This document shows positions 17,447-28,282 of a stretch of 64,000 nt of DNA, in pieces. The DNA lies in assembly GCA_964639965.1 (NCBI GenBank), contig CAZXGI010000005.1:314-64313 (forward strand), given 5' to 3'. Both the position numbers and the translations under genes were made by a program. Source of the DNA: an uncultured Rhodospirillaceae bacterium. GTDB taxonomy: Bacteria; Pseudomonadota; Alphaproteobacteria; Rhodospirillales; UBA2165. Under the pieces are notes generated by a model. That model made no database searches and was not told where the DNA came from. It saw nothing but the letters and a program-made list of their open reading frames with translations. How positions within the stretch are numbered: the stretch's first letter is position 1; each line of letters starts with the position of its first letter.

Positions 17447-18529
17447 TCACAAAATATTCTCTGCAATTTGTTTTGCAACCAAGTTATAACCTTTGTCTGA
17501 CAAATGGACGCGATCAACAAACAACCAGTCATTTTTATCCGGACTTGCAGCAAACAGCGCATTCATATCGTGAAATTCAATTTTATATTTTGCACATATT
17601 TCTCTTAGAGCGCCTGTAAACCATTGATAAATCTCAATATTCATAGAGTCGACATGAACACGCTTTGAGTTGCCAAGCTTGTGAATATATTCGAACAATT
17701 CCTGCTCTTCTTCCGTCTGTATACGGTCAATCCACGTCGCCAAAGGTTGCAAAATATAGACAAACCTGAACCCATCGTATTTTGCTAGGGCAGCCCATGT
17801 TCTGAAATTGTTCTCTATGGCGTGCAAGATAAGATCTTTTTGCGCAAAATGATCCTCGATCGTTTCTATGGCGACGGAAGGTTCCGGTAACATAGGAAGT
17901 CCACTCGGGTCATTTTTAAGTCGTCGACAAATAGCATTTACCAGACTGATTTTAGGTAAGTCGACATCTCCTTTACTCATGCCACGAAGGAAATAACGTT
18001 TCAATCGGTTGTAAAAAGTAGTATCGGGTATCACGCCCCTGAGTAAATGTGTCCAGTAATATACTCCTCCACCATATGACGGGTATTTTTTGTTAAAAAA
18101 GTAAAGAGCAAGATCATTTACACCGGAAAATAATATAACGTTCCGCACATTCTTGAATAGATGCCTATATGTATGATAACAAAGCAACTCTTGGGTACTA
18201 GAATATCCGCGGACACCTAGATTCCAACACGTTTGGCCAGTGTGCGACATTAAGCGCGAAGATATCGTATGATAATCGCTTGTGGCCCCACAACCCCAGG
18301 CAGTTGATCCACCCAATATAATATTACAGGGCAATGACGCATCTTTTGAAATTGTCAGCAATCTCCCTTCACCGGTATAGGAATGGCGAAAAGCGAACTC
18401 ATCGGTATTCAATACGTTGGAGCGCCATCGGGCAGCGTTGGTGAACGTCAAAGTCGGCAACCATTCAACCTTCATTGCATAATAGTCGAACAGTTGCGGA
18501 GCGTGCTTTTTTCGAGGGTCTTTAGCCAT
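17447..18529 (-). CDS. SGNH/GDSL-fold hydrolase family protein
   Basis: 360 aa. Block I variant IILGGSTAWG, block III FSGVNDL, block V DRVHLSDKGY (DxxH). Confidence 0.6.
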   Translation of the reverse strand: MAKDPRKKHAPQLFDYYAMKVEWLPTLTFTNAARWRSNVLNTDEFAFRHSYTGEGRLLTISKDASLPCNIILGGSTAWGCGATSDYHTISSRLMSHTGQTCWNLGVRGYSSTQELLCYHTYRHLFKNVRNVILFSGVNDLALYFFNKKYPSYGGGVYYWTHLLRGVIPDTTFYNRLKRYFLRGMSKGDVDLPKISLVNAICRRLKNDPSGLPMLPEPSVAIETIEDHFAQKDLILHAIENNFRTWAALAKYDGFRFVYILQPLATWIDRIQTEEEQELFEYIHKLGNSKRVHVDSMNIEIYQWFTGALREICAKYKIEFHDMNALFAASPDKNDWLFVDRVHLSDKGYNLVAKQIAENIL

Positions 18530-18771
18530 TTATAGGGCTTCCCGTATTTCTAAATTGATTTTATTTATCATGATTTATATTTATAAATAACATTTATTAA
18601 ATACGAGCAATTAAAGATTGAAAAAAGTGTTATTATTAGACCCTATGTAATATATGAAATATAATTAAACTTCTTTACTTGATCACCTTCAGCTGTATTT
18701 TAGTCTCTTTAAGAACTTTGAAAATAGTCAATCACAGCTAGTTATAACTTTAACAAGATTACTTTATAAAA

Positions 18772-19446
18772 TTAATCTTTTTTTATTCCCACACTCTCTA
18801 TCATGAGTTCACGGGTCCAGCGTAGAAACTTGTTTCTTGTTCGTACCGGCACAAAAAGAGCAATAATATCAAGTGGAATCTTTAAAAATGAATATTTCCA
18901 GGTTATAGGAAGCTGCCGAATGCGTTGGATTATGCCCGGTTTAAAACCACACATTAAATAAAGATTCCGAATCGTTTCAGTAGTAAAAGGCGTCTTATGC
19001 GTAGGATCGTCGAAAAATATTTTATAGTTAGATTCCCAATCAGGCACTAAGTTCAAAACCTTTCCATCAGGCTTTAGAACACGATAGCATTCGATTATTA
19101 ATTCTTCCGGGTTTGGCAAGTGTTCAAGAAAGCTCTTTGTATAGACTATGTCAAAACTATTATCTTCAAATGGAAGGGGTCCCTCAAACACATCATGGCA
19201 AACGAAGTTAATACCGATATTTTCGAGGTCTTTACGGAAGGTTTCATCTCGATCTAGCGCTGTAACATCAATATCCATAGAGTTAAATGATTTCGCTACT
19301 TCTCCACGCCCAGTACCAATTTCAAGCATCTTGCTCCCCGGATCGATTCCATGAAAAACCGTAAGCCTTTTTGCCAACAGATAAGGGTAATTGGTCAAAG
19401 GACGCTCTTGTGTGCTATATATTTTGGAAAGATAATTAATTCTCAT
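18772..19446 (-). CDS. class I SAM-dependent methyltransferase
   Basis: 224 aa. Motif I MLEIGTGRGEVA, an acidic residue after strand 2 (ALDRD), and FDIVYTKSFLEHLPNP. Confidence 0.8.
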   Translation of the reverse strand: MRINYLSKIYSTQERPLTNYPYLLAKRLTVFHGIDPGSKMLEIGTGRGEVAKSFNSMDIDVTALDRDETFRKDLENIGINFVCHDVFEGPLPFEDNSFDIVYTKSFLEHLPNPEELIIECYRVLKPDGKVLNLVPDWESNYKIFFDDPTHKTPFTTETIRNLYLMCGFKPGIIQRIRQLPITWKYSFLKIPLDIIALFVPVRTRNKFLRWTRELMIESVGIKKD

Positions 19447-19813
19447 GGCTTAACATTAATTCCTGGGTCGTTTTCTCAAGAACTTCAATAGCTTTCTTTA
19501 GGATACAAAAAACGCACACAGCTAGATAATTTTTTGCCTCTTTATCGTCAATTTTATCTCTTCATTTAGGTGATAAAGGATTTTTCTATTTTCGCTAATG
19601 TATTGCCACCCGTATCCGCTGTTTGCTTATCGTTGTATAACCCTTACTGCCATAACTTACAAAACATAATCCTTTTCTGCTAATATATGATTAGTTCATC
19701 TAAAGCGGTAATACTTTTATAGCGTTTCCCCTTTTTTATCAGGTTTATCTTAGTTTGAAAATACTTTGAAACTATGGAGGATTATAGCAAATCAATAGTT
19801 CTCCGATTATTCA

Positions 19814-20259
19814 TTAATAACCAATAAGTGAATTTATAAACCTTCCCGGCATAATAGCAAATATACCTGCTATAACTGTTCCTAACATCGTCCCTGCCAT
19901 GAAACCTGCATGCGTTCTGACATAACCTTTCTTGATATTTATAATAGCGATTCCCATATTAATTATTGTCCAAATAGTGAGTAGGTGAATCCAACTGAAG
20001 TCACCGTCATTTATTTCCCGTATCCAGAACGAGGGAACTGTCAAAAACTCATTATTATTAACTAAAACCATCCAACCATCCGATGTTGAGGTGTTCCTTT
20101 CTCTGAAACCAAATTTATCATACCAAGCATAATTGCCAAAACTGCTGCTATGAAATGAACCCAATTAAACATTTCAAATAGTATGAATTCTATAGTTATT
20201 GATATCAAACGATTATTCCCACTCACTAGTAACTCGGTCTCAAGATTCATGTATCTCAA
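19814..20259 (-). pseudogene. small multi-TM membrane protein gene disrupted by an 8-bp tandem duplication (possibly DUF2306-like)
   Basis: Two overlapping ORFs (20062-20259 and 19814-20164) in different frames. The junction carries AACCATCC twice in tandem (20066-20073 and 20074-20081). Deleting one unit gives a continuous ...EKGTPQHRMVLVNNNEFLTV... reading frame of about 146 aa. Confidence 0.6.
20066..20081. repeat. 8-bp perfect tandem duplication (AACCATCC x2) causing the frameshift
   Basis: Read directly from the sequence: 20061 actaaAACCATCCAACCATCCgatg. Confidence 0.9.
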
Positions 20260-20284
20260 AGACTTAGAACCACCTCAATAGCAC

Positions 20285-20304
20285 CGTGTAACTTTCGTGT
20301 AACT
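20285..20304. repeat. two direct copies of CGTGTAACT spaced 11 bp start-to-start; an inverted 8-bp copy lies at 20374-20381
   Basis: caccGTGTAACTttcGTGTAACTcactg at 20285-20304, and AGTTACAC at 20374-20381, overlapping the stop of the 51-codon ORF. Confidence 0.7.
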
Positions 20305-20375
20305 CACTGCCACGCGTTGCTGCTCACCACGATCTACCAATATTTATATAGATCAATGACCTAGCTGAACACTAG

Positions 20376-20531
20376 TTACACATCGCGCGGCGCTTGATTT
20401 TGGTTAGTCAGATTGAGTTCCAGAAGATCTGCCTCAATCTTCTTTACTCCACCAGTGTAATTCTTCATAGACTTTTCTGACAGATCGGTACTTAACTCCA
20501 TCCATTTCTTGAATTCGATTATATCATTCAT
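20376..20531 (-). pseudogene. 51-codon ORF resembling the N-terminal SAM-like/core-binding domain of a tyrosine recombinase; likely integrase stub
   Basis: Below the ORF-track cutoff. My translation: MNDIIEFKKWMELSTDLSEKSMKNYTGGVKKIEADLLELNLTNQNQAPRDV*. The pattern I-x-x-F-x-x-W...LS-x-x-S-x-x-x-Y-x-x-x-x-K-x-x-E parallels the XerD N-terminus in this window (IDIFIEMMAAERGAAINTLAAYSRDLKQFEVFM). The start lies 41 nt from the guaA stop. Confidence 0.35.
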
Positions 20532-20571
20532 AAAAATCTACCTAACATATTGATATTAAACGATAATTTAG

Positions 20572-22122
20572 TCACTCCCACTCAATCGTGCCAGGAGGTT
20601 TTGAAGTGATATCATAAACTACACGATTTATTCCTTTGACCTCATTAATAATACGGTTAGTAACACGGCCTAGAAAGTCCATGTCAAAATGGTAAAAATC
20701 TGCTGTCATTCCATCTGTTGAAGTAACCGCGCGTAAAGCACAGGCATAGTCGTAAGTTCGAGCATCTCCCATTACACCTACTGTTTGGACGGGAAGTAAA
20801 ATGGCAAAAGCCTGCCAAATTTCATTGTATAGACCGGCCTTTCGGATTTCATCAAGGTAGATTGAATCTGCACGCTGGAGAATTTTTATTTTTTCTCGTG
20901 TAACGCCTCCCGGTAGACGGATAGCAAGGCCTGGCCCCGGAAAAGGATGACGGGAGACAAATTTTTCTGGCAAATCTAGTTCCTCGCCTAATCTACGAAC
21001 CTCGTCTTTAAATAATTCTCGCAAAGGCTCTACTAATTCCATATCCATCCGATCAGGTAGACCACCAACATTATGGTGTGATTTTATGGTAACACTTGGT
21101 CCTCCATGGAATGAAACACTTTCGATCACATCTGGATAGAGCGTACCTTGTGCGAGGAATTTTGCTCCGCCTATCTTATTTGCTTCTTCTTCAAAAACAT
21201 CAATGAATGTTGATCCAATGATCTTTCGTTTTGTTTCTGGGTCAGATATCCCATTTAATTTGTCTATAAATAAATCACCAGCATCGCGATGGATTAATTG
21301 AATATTATAGTGATCTTTGAATAAACTAACAACTTCTGTAGCTTCGTTTAGTCGCATCATACCGGTGTCAACAAAGACACAAGTCAGTTGTGGACCAATA
21401 GCTTCGTGTAGCAAAATCGCAACGACAGAAGAATCAACACCTCCAGAAAGGCCACAGATAACCGTTTCATTACCTATTTGAGCACGAATATTTGCAATTT
21501 CCTGTTCTTTAAAAGCAGCCATCGACCATTTGCTTTCGCAGCCGGCAATCACGTTGGTAAAGTTCTTTAATAATGCGGATCCGTCAGGAGTATGGATAAC
21601 TTCAGGATGAAACTGAACAGCGTAAAATTTTTTCTTGTCGTCCGCTATTGCAGCATAAGGTGCGTTCTCAGAAGTGCCGACAACTTTGAAGCCATCAGGT
21701 AATACCTTTACCCGATCGCCGTGGCTCATCCATACTTGTTCTTTGTTACCAATAGTCCAAATGTCTTGAAACAAATTGCAATCAGAAATGATATTCAGTG
21801 TAGATCGACCAAATTCTCTCTCTCTTGAGTTCTCAACCGTACCGCCAAGTTGATCGACCATAGTTTGTTGTCCATAACAGATACCCAGTATAGGAAGGCC
21901 CATATCAAAGATTTCACGGGGTATTTGTGGAGTGTCAATTTCTGTGACTGAAGCTGGTCCACCGGAGAGTATAATCCCCTTTGGATTATACTCGATAATT
22001 CTTTGTTTGGTAATTTTATTGAAGGGGCGTACTTCAGAGTAAACACCACTTTCACGTACACGCCTAGCAATAAGCTGTGTGAGTTGCGAACCAAAATCAA
22101 TAATTAAAATTCGGTCTGACAT
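20572..22122 (-). CDS. guaA: GMP synthase (glutamine-hydrolysing)
   Basis: 516 aa. GATase domain with ILGICYGQQ, the ATP pyrophosphatase loop LSGGVDSS, and the canonical C-terminus KPPGTIEWE. Confidence 0.95.
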   Translation of the reverse strand: MSDRILIIDFGSQLTQLIARRVRESGVYSEVRPFNKITKQRIIEYNPKGIILSGGPASVTEIDTPQIPREIFDMGLPILGICYGQQTMVDQLGGTVENSREREFGRSTLNIISDCNLFQDIWTIGNKEQVWMSHGDRVKVLPDGFKVVGTSENAPYAAIADDKKKFYAVQFHPEVIHTPDGSALLKNFTNVIAGCESKWSMAAFKEQEIANIRAQIGNETVICGLSGGVDSSVVAILLHEAIGPQLTCVFVDTGMMRLNEATEVVSLFKDHYNIQLIHRDAGDLFIDKLNGISDPETKRKIIGSTFIDVFEEEANKIGGAKFLAQGTLYPDVIESVSFHGGPSVTIKSHHNVGGLPDRMDMELVEPLRELFKDEVRRLGEELDLPEKFVSRHPFPGPGLAIRLPGGVTREKIKILQRADSIYLDEIRKAGLYNEIWQAFAILLPVQTVGVMGDARTYDYACALRAVTSTDGMTADFYHFDMDFLGRVTNRIINEVKGINRVVYDITSKPPGTIEWE

Positions 22123-22246
22123 ATAACCTCTATTACCTTAGTGGGTTTCCAATTGGAAGAGAAATTAAATCTGGTCGAAAATATGATCCGATTATTCTAA
22201 TAAAATATATAATTCTAATTCAATTAAAGAGAATTCGAATTATTTC

Positions 22247-22831
22247 TTAATTCAAACCAAGTCTACCCGATTTCAACGCTGCTTCCAGATCAGGCCAGCC
22301 GTAGGCAATTTCTCGCACAACAGTGCCCCATAACTTTTCCTCGCGCTCACCAATTCGTTTGCCTTCCATAACTTCGTAAAAGAAACGTGATGGATTTAAG
22401 CTTAATACCCAAATAATTGCTCCAGTATACCCTTGGTCAATCAAGATTCTAAATAGACCTGCGAGCATTCTTTGTCCGTAGCCTTTGTTTTGGTAATCTG
22501 GATGAACATAAAGTGTATAAATTTCGCCCTCGAATGAACTTTTTCGATCTCTATTGAAGCCGCAGCTGCTTACACCAATAATTCCAGCTTTTTCATCTTC
22601 AATAACTAAGATTTTCTCTTCTGCAGGCCCACCAACGTGTTTGATCGCTCGAGCCCACATAACCATTTGACGTTCAGTTGACATTTCGACTAAAACTTTA
22701 TCTGGCAAAATCCCAGCGTAGGTTGACCGCCAGGTGTCAACATAGACATTGGCTATGGCTTCGGCGTCATTTTGTACAGCGGGTCGAATATTAGGTATTA
22801 GTTTTCTCCAACACAGCAGTGAAAAAGCCAT
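22247..22831 (-). CDS. GNAT-family N-acetyltransferase
   Basis: 194 aa. IRPAVQNDAEAIANVY and the acetyl-CoA motif A HPDYQNKGYGQRML. The ATG at 22831 overlaps the rsmB end by 41 nt, so the start is uncertain. Confidence 0.75.
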   Translation of the reverse strand: MAFSLLCWRKLIPNIRPAVQNDAEAIANVYVDTWRSTYAGILPDKVLVEMSTERQMVMWARAIKHVGGPAEEKILVIEDEKAGIIGVSSCGFNRDRKSSFEGEIYTLYVHPDYQNKGYGQRMLAGLFRILIDQGYTGAIIWVLSLNPSRFFYEVMEGKRIGEREEKLWGTVVREIAYGWPDLEAALKSGRLGLN

Positions 22832-24098
22832 CAGTATTATGGCGTGCTGGGGTTAAGGAAAGGTAATTGCTATCAACTAAAGCGTTGTTGGGGCATCTCA
22901 TATCAAAAACCCGCTGCCAAATCTCGGAAATGGAGAGTGCTCTAAAATTTGAGTGTTTTCGTAAAAACCAACTTATTTGTTTTTCATTTTCATCGGGTAG
23001 AACCGAGCATGTCGAATAGATTAGGCGACCTCTTTTAGCAACCAGATTAGCCGCTTGTTGCATGATTTTCTGTTGCTGCGCAATAACTTCCTTTAGTTGG
23101 GTGGCAGTTAATCGCCATTTTTGTGCAGGAGTTCTCCGCCAGGCCCCGGAACCAGAGCAAGGAACATCAATTAGCACGCGTTCTGCTGAGGATCTATGAT
23201 CCTTATAAAATACATCATTACTGCCTAAGAGATGGTGTTTTGTGATATTTGTCAAGCCGCTACGCGCTAGCCGCGGTTTTAATTTTTTTAATCGTTTTGA
23301 ATCGACATCACAGGCAATTAATGTTCCCCCATTTTTCATAGCGGCGCCTAACGCTAGGGTCTTACCTCCGCTACCTGCGCAAAGATCTATGGTTTTTAAA
23401 TTCCGTTTGGTTTCGACCAACGCAGATATGATTTGGGACCCTTCATCCTGAATTTCAACAAACCCTTCTTTAAAGGCTAGTGAATTTCGGAGATTAACCC
23501 GATTTTTAACTTTTAAACCTAACGGTGAAAACTCCGTTGGGTTGGCTTCAATTTTATCTTTATGCAGCATTTTCAGAGTGCGAGCACAACTACCTTTAAT
23601 CGTATTAACTCTCAGATTGATGCTCGCTGGTTGATTTAATGCCGACGCCTCTTTCTGGAATTCGTTCCCCCAGTACGGCATCAATATGTTGGCAATCCAA
23701 CCAGGAACTTCAGCTTTGATTTGGGGTGGATAAGGCTCGTTATCGAAACACTTTTCCGAAATCTTTTCCAGAAGTTCAATTTCAATTTTGGCTAAACTTT
23801 CAGGAGAATAGCCTTTACCATTGAATAATAAGATAATTTCTTTTAATGAAAGTTTTTTTATCAGGAAAAGATCAACTATTACCCGTATTCGTGGTATTTG
23901 AATACCACTTAACCAGTCAATGCGAGCCTTCCGGCGTTGAGTTCCATATACCTGTTTTGAGATGCTTCGACGATCTTTAGACCCAATATAACGACGACTT
24001 CGAAAATAAGAAGCGACGACATCTTCAGCTGGTGAGCGAGAAAGCTCAATTTTCTCAAGAATCTCTATGGCTCCGGCGATCCTTGCTCCTGGAGTCAT
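22791..24098 (-). CDS. rsmB: 16S rRNA (cytosine-C5) methyltransferase RsmB/Sun family
   Basis: 435 aa. NusB-like N-terminal region, SAM site IDLCAGSGGKT, catalytic motifs DVPCSGSG and YSTCS. Confidence 0.85.
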   Translation of the reverse strand: MTPGARIAGAIEILEKIELSRSPAEDVVASYFRSRRYIGSKDRRSISKQVYGTQRRKARIDWLSGIQIPRIRVIVDLFLIKKLSLKEIILLFNGKGYSPESLAKIEIELLEKISEKCFDNEPYPPQIKAEVPGWIANILMPYWGNEFQKEASALNQPASINLRVNTIKGSCARTLKMLHKDKIEANPTEFSPLGLKVKNRVNLRNSLAFKEGFVEIQDEGSQIISALVETKRNLKTIDLCAGSGGKTLALGAAMKNGGTLIACDVDSKRLKKLKPRLARSGLTNITKHHLLGSNDVFYKDHRSSAERVLIDVPCSGSGAWRRTPAQKWRLTATQLKEVIAQQQKIMQQAANLVAKRGRLIYSTCSVLPDENEKQISWFLRKHSNFRALSISEIWQRVFDMRCPNNALVDSNYLSLTPARHNTDGFFTAVLEKTNT

Positions 24099-24104
24099 AA
24101 ATGC

Positions 24105-25598
<1,494 letters not shown>

Positions 25599-25671
25599 TT
25601 AGTAGAATTGGCGCCTAATCATATAGAGAAATTTCATAAAGCCAAGCGAGTATTGTACTATATAAAGTCAG

Positions 25672-26403
25672 CTAGTTTTTGCGATAGTTTTGGGCAACAA
25701 CGAACATTTCAGCTGACCCAGCTCTGCTCGAAGGTGGTTTGGCATGGCGGACGTGGCCAAATGAAAGTTTCATATCATCAAGCAATTCTTTTTCAGTACC
25801 TCCTTGGAATACCTTTGAAACAAAGCAGCCTCCCGGCGTCAAGATTTCTTTGGCAAAATTATATGCGGCCTCTGTGAGATTCATGATACGTATATGATCT
25901 GTGGCAGGATGACCGGTAATTTTTGGAGCCATATCACTCAAAATAGCGTCTGCGTTACCACCAAGAGCTTCTTTTATAATTTTCACAGCATTGGTGCTCA
26001 TAAAATCTAGCTGAAGGATTTCGGCGCCATTGATAGGTGTCATCTCTTGAAGATCTATTGCGATGATTTTACTTTCTGTTCCAGTTCTTTCTGTGCCGAG
26101 CCGATTTACTAAAATTTGGGTCCAGCCCCCAGGGGCAGCACCCAATTCAATTACACGCATATTTGATTTAAGAAACCTGAATTTCTTATCGAGATCTTCG
26201 AGCTTGTATGCTGCTCGAGATCTTAGTCCTGCGCGCTTAGCGGCTGCCACATATGGGTCGTTAAGTTGACGTTGTAGCCACTTTGTGGAAGACAGTTTGC
26301 GCCCTCGAGCTGTTTTGACTCGCACAGTTAAGTTTCGTCCAGCTCTACCAGGTGAGGCTTTTTTATTTCTTTGATTTTTTTTCCTAATTGGGGTTTTACT
26401 CAT
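25672..26403 (-). CDS. rlmE: 23S rRNA 2'-O-ribose U2552 methyltransferase RlmE/FtsJ
   Basis: 243 aa. WLQRQLNDPYV, SAM site VIELGAAPGGWTQ, DMAPKITG and FVSKVFQGG. Confidence 0.9.
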   Translation of the reverse strand: MSKTPIRKKNQRNKKASPGRAGRNLTVRVKTARGRKLSSTKWLQRQLNDPYVAAAKRAGLRSRAAYKLEDLDKKFRFLKSNMRVIELGAAPGGWTQILVNRLGTERTGTESKIIAIDLQEMTPINGAEILQLDFMSTNAVKIIKEALGGNADAILSDMAPKITGHPATDHIRIMNLTEAAYNFAKEILTPGGCFVSKVFQGGTEKELLDDMKLSFGHVRHAKPPSSRAGSAEMFVVAQNYRKN

Positions 26404-26412
26404 TACTCGCCC

Positions 26413-27540
26413 CTAAATTCTTATTTTATCTTTTCTCAGGGTGTTTGCAGCTGGATTACCAGTAACTGGTATACCACTCTCAATCATCAATTCTAACAAC
26501 ATTCCTTCACGCAAACCCCGGTCGGCGACACGCAGTTCACCAATTGGCCACCTTTTGCATATTGCTTCTAAAATCGCACAGCCGGGAAAAATTAGTTCTG
26601 CCCGCTCGTTACCGATAGAGGGAATTTTCTTTCGATTTTCAAAACCCATTTCTGTTAACTTAATTATGATTTCATTTAGATCGGAAAATTTAAGATTAAG
26701 TCCATCGATCATAGAGCGATCATAGCGACTTAAGTTGAGGTGGACGGCTCCTAATGTTGTTATTGTTCCCGATGTGCCAAGCATTTGGACATTTTGTTCT
26801 TTAATTTTTCTTCTGATATCATTGCGGTTGCAGAAATGCGGAAGATTTAATGAAACATAACTGACCATTTTCATATAATGATCTCTATTAGTTACTGAAT
26901 TTCCTATATTTTCTATGAGCGAGATGACACCAAATGGAAGGGAGAGAACATCAAGGATATCATAATGTTCAAGTCCTTTTTTTGCCCATATTATTTCGGT
27001 GCTTCCTCCACCAATATCAAAAACAATTGCATATGTTTGGGTCGGGTTTAAGAGACTTTGGCACCCTCGAAGAGCGAGCCGTGCCTCTTCGTTGCTAGTG
27101 ATTATTTCTAATTTAAGGCCAGTTTCTTTTTCAACACGAGTGATAAATTCATCACAGTTTTCTGCACGACGACAGGCTTCTGTAGCAATGCTTCGAGATT
27201 TTATATTGTCAAATGAGTTGAGTCTTTTTGAACACGTGTTTAACGCCGCAATCGTTCTATCCATGGCGAGTTCGGAAAGAAAACCATTATTAAACAATCC
27301 CTCACCTAACCTAACGATGCGCGAGTATGATGTTGTTACATGAAATCCTTTATTTTTTGGTCGGGCTATCAGTAACCGGCAATTGTTAGTGCCCAAATCA
27401 ACAGCACCAAACATCCGAGATTTTGGTTTGTAAGCTTGTCGAGTTACATCTCGATCGTTCTGGTAAGCGTGATTGGCTTTTGAATTCTCAACCCTAAATA
27501 ATTCTTTTTTTTTTATATTATTGTACATCAGGATCTTCAT
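26413..27540 (-). CDS. Ppx/GppA-family exopolyphosphatase / guanosine pentaphosphate phosphohydrolase
   Basis: 375 aa. ASKHA-fold motifs GAVDLGTNNCRLLIA and VFDIGGGSTEI. The N-terminal 42 aa may be upstream of the true start. Confidence 0.8.
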   Translation of the reverse strand: MKILMYNNIKKKELFRVENSKANHAYQNDRDVTRQAYKPKSRMFGAVDLGTNNCRLLIARPKNKGFHVTTSYSRIVRLGEGLFNNGFLSELAMDRTIAALNTCSKRLNSFDNIKSRSIATEACRRAENCDEFITRVEKETGLKLEIITSNEEARLALRGCQSLLNPTQTYAIVFDIGGGSTEIIWAKKGLEHYDILDVLSLPFGVISLIENIGNSVTNRDHYMKMVSYVSLNLPHFCNRNDIRRKIKEQNVQMLGTSGTITTLGAVHLNLSRYDRSMIDGLNLKFSDLNEIIIKLTEMGFENRKKIPSIGNERAELIFPGCAILEAICKRWPIGELRVADRGLREGMLLELMIESGIPVTGNPAANTLRKDKIRI

Positions 27541-27793
27541 TTCTTGGTTCTATTGATCAAGAAAATACTAGCTCAGAAACTAGGGCAAAAGAAACCATTA
27601 ATTTTGAGACTGGGTAAGTTGAAAGGTTATGGGCAAGTTTTTTTCATATTTTCTGATTGTTGGCCGGGTTTTATAGATTACACACGTTTTGTTTATGAAT
27701 TTTATCTCTTTTCGAATATCTAGGCTTTGTTTATTGTGGAAAAAAAATCTAATATGTTAGTTTTTTATATTTTAAATTGCGGGTTTTTTTGAA

Positions 27794-28282
27794 ATGTCGT
27801 CTTTCAATCTCAACGTCAATGGAATAACACATCAGATTGACGCAGAGCTCGATACACCGCTTATTTTCATTCTCCGAAATCATCTCGGCTTGTTTGGAGT
27901 AAAATTAGGGTGTGGACAGGAGCAGTGCGGGGCGTGTGTTGTTTTGGTGGATGGCGAGGCAGTGAATTCATGTGTTCGCGCAGCTTCTGAATTCTGTGAA
28001 AATAAGATTGTTACCATTGAAGGTCTGTCTAAAGATGGGGAGTTGAATTCAGTACAGAGAGTTTTTATAGCAGAAGGAGCGGCTCAATGTGGTTATTGCA
28101 CCGCTGGGATCGTGGTTGCCACGACAGCTTTATTGAATCAAAACCCTAAGCCCAGCAATAAAGAGATCCAACTAGCTTTAAATGATCATTTGTGCCGGTG
28201 TGGTTCTCACCGTCGGATTCTTAACGCTATCGACCGATTAATTTGTGAAGGAGGAAAAGATGGCCAAACATCCAAGTATTGA
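27794..28282 (+). CDS. [2Fe-2S]-binding small subunit of a molybdenum hydroxylase (IorA / aldehyde-oxidase small-subunit type)
   Basis: 162 aa. Plant-type cluster GCGQEQCGACVVLVDGEAVNSC, with the second cluster in QCGYCTAG and CRCGSH. Confidence 0.85.
   Translation: MSSFNLNVNGITHQIDAELDTPLIFILRNHLGLFGVKLGCGQEQCGACVVLVDGEAVNSCVRAASEFCENKIVTIEGLSKDGELNSVQRVFIAEGAAQCGYCTAGIVVATTALLNQNPKPSNKEIQLALNDHLCRCGSHRRILNAIDRLICEGGKDGQTSKY

Larger units (their letters stand above)
17381..20571. mobile_element. putative decayed integrative island inserted at the 3' end of guaA
   Basis: Bracketed by the two 13-bp copies. Contains cargo genes, a frameshifted gene, very AT-rich spacers, phased short repeats and an integrase-like N-terminal stub abutting guaA. 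No intact recombinase is present. Confidence 0.45.

Noticed and set aside
27541-27793. Long leader upstream of the Mo-hydroxylase genes, checked for a Moco riboswitch; other long leaders were checked for B12, TPP, SAM or glycine riboswitch cores
   Set aside because: I could not recognise any conserved riboswitch core sequence or supporting helices by eye. A covariance-model scan (Rfam/Infernal) would be needed to exclude them.
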